From Octopus sinensis (taxonomy: Eukaryota): a stretch of 55,107 bases of DNA. Both the position numbers and the translations under genes were made by a program. Each line of letters starts with the position of its first letter. Position 1 is the stretch's first letter. Below are positions 48,960 through 55,107 of this stretch, piece by piece. The notes beneath the pieces were generated by a model. It searched no databases. It saw only the letters and a list, made by a program, of their open reading frames with translations, and was not told where the DNA came from. The stretch is taken from contig NW_021833763.1 of NCBI RefSeq assembly GCF_006345805.1, positions 1-55,107 on the forward strand, in the 5' to 3' direction.

Positions 48960-49610
48960 TGGATTCAAGAGAAAAATGATACACATGTGGAGAACGGTGC
49001 ATAGATTAGAATGCGATTTTTATTTCTTTCCTAGCTCTCATACTTATCGAGAAAATCGATTAAAACTTTTCTAATGGAATTCCCCTCTTTGTTCCGCCAT
49101 TAAAACAACCAGTTGCTCACAGAGCCGGCATATACCATTTCGCTAGCAACAAGGAGAGTACAGGATGACAGTCAGCCAAAACGTACGCTATACTTTCTCT
49201 CTTCTTTCACCTGTTTGTGAGGTTAATAACCTTAAATTTTAGTTACAGTTTCTCATTCAAACTACACAATAGGCAGAATTGTCGGATTAAGACAGTAGGA
49301 TGTTTTGAGGGAGATTTTGCGCGTGAAAAATGGCACACATATAGAGTCGGGTGCATAGATTGGAATGTGGTTTGTATTTTTTCACCAGCCCCCATACTTA
49401 CCGAGAAAATCGATTAAAACTTTCGGAATGGAATTCCCCTCTTTGTTCCGCCATTAAAACAACCAGTTGCTCACAGAGCCGGCATATACCATTTCGATAG
49501 CAACAAGGGGAGTACAGGATGACAGTCGCTATACTATCTCTCTTCTTTCACCTCTTTGTGGGGTTAATTATCTTCATCTTTAGTTACGGTTTCTCATTCA
49601 AATTAGAAGA
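48960..49610 (+). repeat. Tandem duplication, period ~354 bp
   Basis: GGTGCATAGATT at 48996 and 49350; identical core GGAATTCCCCTCTTTGTTCCGCCATTAAAACAACCAGTTGCTCACAGAGCCGGCATATACCATTTCG. Confidence 0.88.
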
Positions 49611-49794
49611 GAGGACTATATTTTGAAGTCGGCGTGAAGCGGAGGAATTGATTTGTGTGCGTGTGTGTGTGATGGGCTGTGCGAGACAGAAAGTGTGGTG
49701 TGTATGTGAAGTTTTGTCAGTGTATGTGAAGAGACAGAGAGAGCAATGGTGCTGGTCTGTGTGTGTGTGTCTGTGTGTGCTACTACTACTACTG

Positions 49795-49920
49795 CTATAT
49801 CGCTTTGGTCGGCCCGATGGTATGGTAGGAGACATTTGTCTAGGTGCCACGCAGTAAGACTGAACCCGGAACCATGTGGTTAGGAAGCAAGCTTCTTATC
49901 ACACAGCCATGCCTGCGCCT
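49795..49920 (-). mobile_element. SINE family A, head fragment
   Basis: Family A head, minus strand. Confidence 0.75.
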
Positions 49921-50089
49921 ACACACACACACACACACACACCATATATATATTTATTTATCTATTTGTACAGCTGCTGATGATGGCACCGCATTTAAAT
50001 TGATATAATGATTGCATTCTTCAATTAACTAGAGCTGCCCTTTCAAACGGTCGTACTGCATCACTACTCGATATTCTGTTGCTTATTTT

Positions 50090-50178
50090 GATAATATATA
50101 AATATATATATATATATAGATATATATATATATGTATAATCCATACATATAGGTGTGTGTGTGTGTGTGTGTGTGTAC

Positions 50179-50210
<32 letters not shown>

Positions 50211-50720
50211 ATATATATGTATATGCATATGGTAAATAAGTGGATGTAAATGTATGTATATACCCTCGATATGGTGGACAGTATTGTCAGAATTAGATAT
50301 GCTGAAATGTCGAAGTGATTGTGTGACAGAAGAAAATAATATAAGATTCAATCATTTTCTCCAGAATAATTCCGCTGATTGTTATATGCATGCATATGCA
50401 TGCACTATCTCCACACGTAATTGTATATGCGTATGTGTCTATGTATATATTGTTGTGTGTGCATGTGTGTATGTATACACACACATACACGCACACATAT
50501 ATACATATATATATGAATATATAATATATATATTTATTTATTCATTATTTATGTATATACGTATATATATATATAGATATATATATAATATATATTATAT
50601 ATATATATATAATATATTTTATTTATATATATATATGTGTGTGTAGATATGTAGATATATATATATACATATATATATATATACATATATATTATATATA
50701 TTATATATATATATATACTA

Positions 50721-50751
<31 letters not shown>

Positions 50752-50866
50752 GTATATATATATATATGTGTGTATATATATATTATATAATATATATACC
50801 TACATATATATGTATATATATATATATATCTACATATCTACACACACACCACACATATATATATAT

Positions 50867-50914
<48 letters not shown>

Positions 50915-50925
50915 ATATATACACG
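50090..50925. repeat. (TA)n/(TG)n field
   Basis: Direct reading. Confidence 0.9.
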
Positions 50926-52293
50926 CGTATACATCCAGTTTCTTCCTGGTGTGATTTTGTCTATATACTTACTTATGCTTCTATATCTGCGCGGTTGTCA
51001 ATAATGTATTCAGTCTCATACAGAAATACTCATTCATATATTATTTTTGGTCGCATTCTTTGATTCCTACACCTTATAAATTTGTTTTATATTTCTATGT
51101 TCGCTTTACTGCATTGTCTTTCTAATCTAGTACATCATCCCATTGCTTTTCATATATTCTATTGCTTTGCCATGATTACAGACTTATATAAAACATAATG
51201 TAAGTTTTAGTATTACTGCTCGTGATACACTGGGTAACTTTATGGACATGTCTTGTTTTTTCTTCTCATATCGAATTTTATTTATTCATACGATAATAAA
51301 AACATTACAATTCATTAATATAGATATTCAGTATTATATATTATTAAACATGAATCACTATAACTTCCAAGTTCGTTCCTGTAACAAGATAAGCATGTAT
51401 ATAGTGGTGGCCATCGTCTGCTTCGTTGTCATGGTCGTCATGGATGTTTTAGCACTGGGTCGACACTGATCGAGAGTGCCTATGACCAAAGTTGTTCCAG
51501 CTATTCAGTAATTTGTACATAACATTCAAGGAATTTCGAATGTATCATTACTGGTTTTTTAGGGAGATTTTTACTGCTATTTCTTTAGAATTAAGTGTTC
51601 CAGTGCCCTAACAGACATTTCTGCGTTGACTTGATGTATAAGAATTCATATAGACGTTGTTCGTCTGAAATAGTTGTTCGCTTTATTCACACTCAATTTA
51701 TTATATATTTTAATATAATGACAGAAATGCCTCAATCGACCGCACTAAATACTAAATGAAAAAGCTACAATATCTAATTCAGATTAATAGTCAGTATACA
51801 AAGGCCTTTCTCTGTGTATTTGTATAAAGAATTAACTAGAGTGGTAACTCACAGAAATGATTTTATTTAATTTTTGGACAATACAGACAATGCACACTGA
51901 AATGGATCTAGTCATTCAAACCAGTTACACACGTGTTCTGGTCTTATCAGATCTCCTCAGCAAAGCATTTTCTAAACAGATGGTAAGACTAAGATTAAAG
52001 TTTGCATATTTTATCACGTAAAACTTAAACCCATTCAAAGAAGATTCAGAGGAAACGGAACAGATTTAACAGAAAGAGATGAGTGAATAAAAGAAAATTC
52101 TTTGTGGTGTTTGGATATTAAAGATTCCTTCCCCGGATGTAACTGGAAGAGTGAGCTCTTGGCTTTCCTGGTTATCCCCTCGCTATGAGAACTGGAGGGA
52201 CCTTTTGGTTACTAGAATAGTCCTTCATGTAACCATATAACGCTGTCCCAGTAATTCAAGGCAACACAAATATTATATCTAAATGAAATATTT

Positions 52294-52335
<42 letters not shown>

Positions 52336-52345
52336 TCATAATCTT

Positions 52346-52502
52346 CGACATCTGAAACGTTCGGCAAAAGAAGCCGATAGAATAAGTACTAGGCTTACAA
52401 AGTATAAGTCCTGGGGTCGATTTGCTCGACTAAAGGTGGTGCTCCAGCATGGCCACATATTCAAATGACGAAAACAAGTAAAAGAATAAAAGAATAAAAG
52501 AA
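52346..52502 (+). mobile_element. SINE family A, 3' fragment
   Basis: ATAAGTACTAGGCTTAC...CCAGCATGGCC...(AAAAGAAT)n. Confidence 0.8.
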
Positions 52503-52959
52503 AACTCATTTATGGATCACTTCTCGTTCGTTTTTAAAACAATACCGAACATAATTTTTTCTCGTCGCGGGTGGGTCATTATACCAATAAAAAACACATG
52601 GACTGGTAATTATTCATTTCTTTTATTATCAATCATTTAAACATTTAACAATGAATGAACGAATCAATCAATCGATCGATCAATCAATCAGCTATGTTTG
52701 CCAAAGTCCTGGTGTCGCTATTCGCGACATCATCAATGACATGACCACTCTACTCCAGGCAGATTAATCCGAAAATCGATTTGTTAGTTGCTTAAATGAT
52801 TAAAGAATTGACAAATGAATAATAAATATGTGAAATAGAACACGCGTGTGTGTGTATTTATTATTGACATTATGAACCCCACAAGAAGAAAAAAAATGTG
52901 TTTCAGCTTATGCATTTATGCATCATACGATAAGGGCTATAAGCCTGTTTGTGTATTTG

Positions 52960-53440
52960 CATTGCATTTGGGTGAATGTGCTAGAATGACTGCTTTCCTG
53001 TGAATGTGATTGTGTGAATGCTTTTGCCTGACTGCTTTTTTCTGAATGCTTATTTTCTGAATGCTTTTTTCTGAATGCTTATTTTCTGAATGCTTTTTTC
53101 TGAATGCTTTTTTAATGAATGCATCTGAATGTTTTTACGTGAATGTTTTTCCTTTTTCTTTTTGAATGCGCTTGTGTTAGTATATGTGCTATTGTAAATA
53201 TATGTGTGAATACTTTTCTGTGAATACATTTGTATGAATGCATTTTGGGGAATGCTTTGTGTGTACTTTTTTGTGTGAACGCAGCTTTATAAATGCGTTT
53301 GTGTGAAGGCATTTATTTGAATACTTTTGCGTGAATATCTTTCTCTCAAAGCATTTTTGTGAATGTGCTTATGTGAAGTTGTACGGGTGGCACATTTGTG
53401 TGAATGACGCGTTTGTGTGAATGCGCTTGTGATAATTCGT
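52960..53440. repeat. Degenerate (TTTTCTGAATGC)/(TGTGAATGC) minisatellite
   Basis: Clear 14-16 bp units at 53035-53140, with decayed copies around them. Confidence 0.75.
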
Positions 53441-53464
53441 TTGAATGTTTATATCTGTATATAT

Positions 53465-53778
53465 TGTTGTTTGTGGTTTGTACCTCCTCGAGCTATGCCT
53501 GGCTCATAAGGGCCGGTTTCTCGGTTTCCTTGGCGTATAGGTTCCCCACCTGGACGGGACGCCGGTCCGTCGCAGGTGAGCTGCAAGATGCAGGAGGAAA
53601 GAGTGATAGAAAGTTGTAGCTAAAAGAGTCAGCAGAAGTTTCGCCATTACCTTCTGCCGGAGCCGCGTGGAGCTTATGTCTTTCGCTCATAAACACACAC
53701 ATCGTCCGGTCTGAGATTCGAATCCGCGATCCCTCGATCGCGAGTCCGCTGCTCTAACCACTAGGCCATGTTCCTCCA
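53465..53778 (-). mobile_element. SINE family D
   Basis: Reverse complement of 47507-47820. Confidence 0.87.
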
Positions 53779-54224
53779 CATATCTGTATATACATTCACC
53801 ATACTCTGTATTGTTATTGTTGTTCTATAGCCACATCTCAACAATGATCGAGCAGACTCATTAATTAAGACAGTCTTTTGGGAATCATCCTATCGTTTTT
53901 CCAGGTTCATATTTTTAAGGCCCTAAAATTATGATATCGTTATGATTCAGTCGGTATTTCTATCGACCCACCATATATGACCTCGTAGAATCTACTTTTC
54001 TTCGTATGTATATCTGGATGGAAATCGCGCGCACGCTTCCGTGTGCATGCATGTGCGCGCATCGGAATGCCTGCATATAGATGTATGTACCTATGTATGC
54101 ATGCATATGTCTATGTATGTATATACATATGCATATTGAAATCTGCGCACACATGCATATATATATACATGTATAAGCGCATAAACGTGCCTTCGAGTGT
54201 ATTGACTGTATGTAGATATTTACT

Positions 54225-54256
54225 TATGTATGTATATATGTATGTATGTATGCATG

Positions 54257-54287
<31 letters not shown>

Positions 54288-54545
54288 TGTATGTACGTAT
54301 GTGTGTGTGTGTGTTGTATGTATGTATGTGTGTGTATGTATGTATGTATGTATGTATGTATGTATGTGTGTGTGTATGTATGTATGTATGTATGTATGTA
54401 TGTATGTATGTGTGTGTGTATGTATGTATGTATGTATGTGTATGTATGTATGTATGTATGTATGTACGTGTATGTATGTATTTACTTATGTATGTATATA
54501 TGTGCGTGTATGTATAGATATGTATATGTACGCGATGTGTGTTGT
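54225..54545. repeat. (TATG)n/(TG)n field
   Basis: Direct reading. Confidence 0.95.
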
Positions 54546-54870
54546 TCGGCTCGGCCGAGTTACTTCCCTTGAGTCTTAGAGATGGTCATAGCTCAAAGTC
54601 ATTGTTCCTTAGTAGAATAAATATATAAAGAGAAAGAAAAAGAAAAGAATGAAAGACACAAAAAGAAAAAGAAAAACTACACTTAGAAAGTAACGATAAG
54701 CTACGAATGTTGTACCTTATTGATAGAAACATACGGAAGGAAATACGGCGAGGGAATTTAGCTGGAGGTGGTGGTGGCTGACGGTTGTAGAAATATTTAT
54801 TCTTCCTCGATATGTCTACCATTTTATAGACGTAAATCCCCATAAAAGATTTCATACATATTCATATTAG

Positions 54871-55107
54871 CTCTTTCTTTCTTTCTTTCTTCCTTCATTC
54901 CTTTCTTTCTTTCTTTCTTTCTTTTTCCTTCCTTCCTTCCTTCCTCCCTCCTTCCGTCCTTTCCTTCCTTCCTCCTTTCTTTCTTTCTTTCTTTCTTTCG
55001 TCCTCTTTCTTTCTCTTTCTTTCTTTCTTTCTTTTTCTTCCCTTCCTTTCTTTTGTCTCCTCTTTTCTTCTTCTTCTTTCTTTTTCATTCTTTTCTTCCT
55101 TCTTTCC
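54871..55107. repeat. (CTTT)n/(CCTT)n polypyrimidine tract
   Basis: Direct reading. Confidence 0.95.

Noticed and set aside
50940-51255. Decayed Penelope ORF (GIY-YIG-like or N-terminal residues) on the minus strand
   Set aside because: Multiple stops, and the resemblance depends on the frame chosen; it needs an HMM search.
52690-52760. Exon-like YVCQSPGVAIRDIINDMTTLLQ sharing GACATCATCAATG with 33148-33160
   Set aside because: No pyrimidine tract and only a weak GC donor; a single 13-bp match can be chance.
875-55088. Most ORF-track entries with YI/IY, CV, LS/SIYL, poly-T/V/H or E/R/K runs
   Set aside because: They are translations of microsatellites and low-complexity DNA.

Overview
Repeat-dominated, AT-rich metazoan genomic DNA. 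The SINE families and dense microsatellites resemble octopus DNA; this is from recall, not a search. No host gene can be named, but three + strand exon candidates exist (4149-4282, 15078-15104, 33121-33162). Main elements: (1) an apparently full-length Tx1/L1-clade LINE at ~5291-11178 (+), flanked on both sides by (TATC)n; (2) an apparently full-length CR1-like LINE at ~38881-43093 (-) whose ORF1 has four tandem CCCH zinc fingers, plus a truncated copy and an orphan tail, all in TA-rich microsatellites; (3) an RTE fragment, a mariner fragment, and piggyBac-, Tigger-, hAT- and Kolobok-like non-autonomous elements; (4) about 30 copies of four tRNA-derived SINE families, one of them multimeric. 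The strongest unexplained signal is a set of about 13 type I hammerhead-ribozyme motifs, intact or decayed, from at least six sequence families. They sit in short non-coding Penelope-like units arranged as convergent pairs around (TA)n or as head-to-head palindromes. One palindrome fuses a tRNA-type Pol III promoter to a hammerhead. All structures were folded by eye, and element boundaries are approximate unless a TSD or TIR is quoted.
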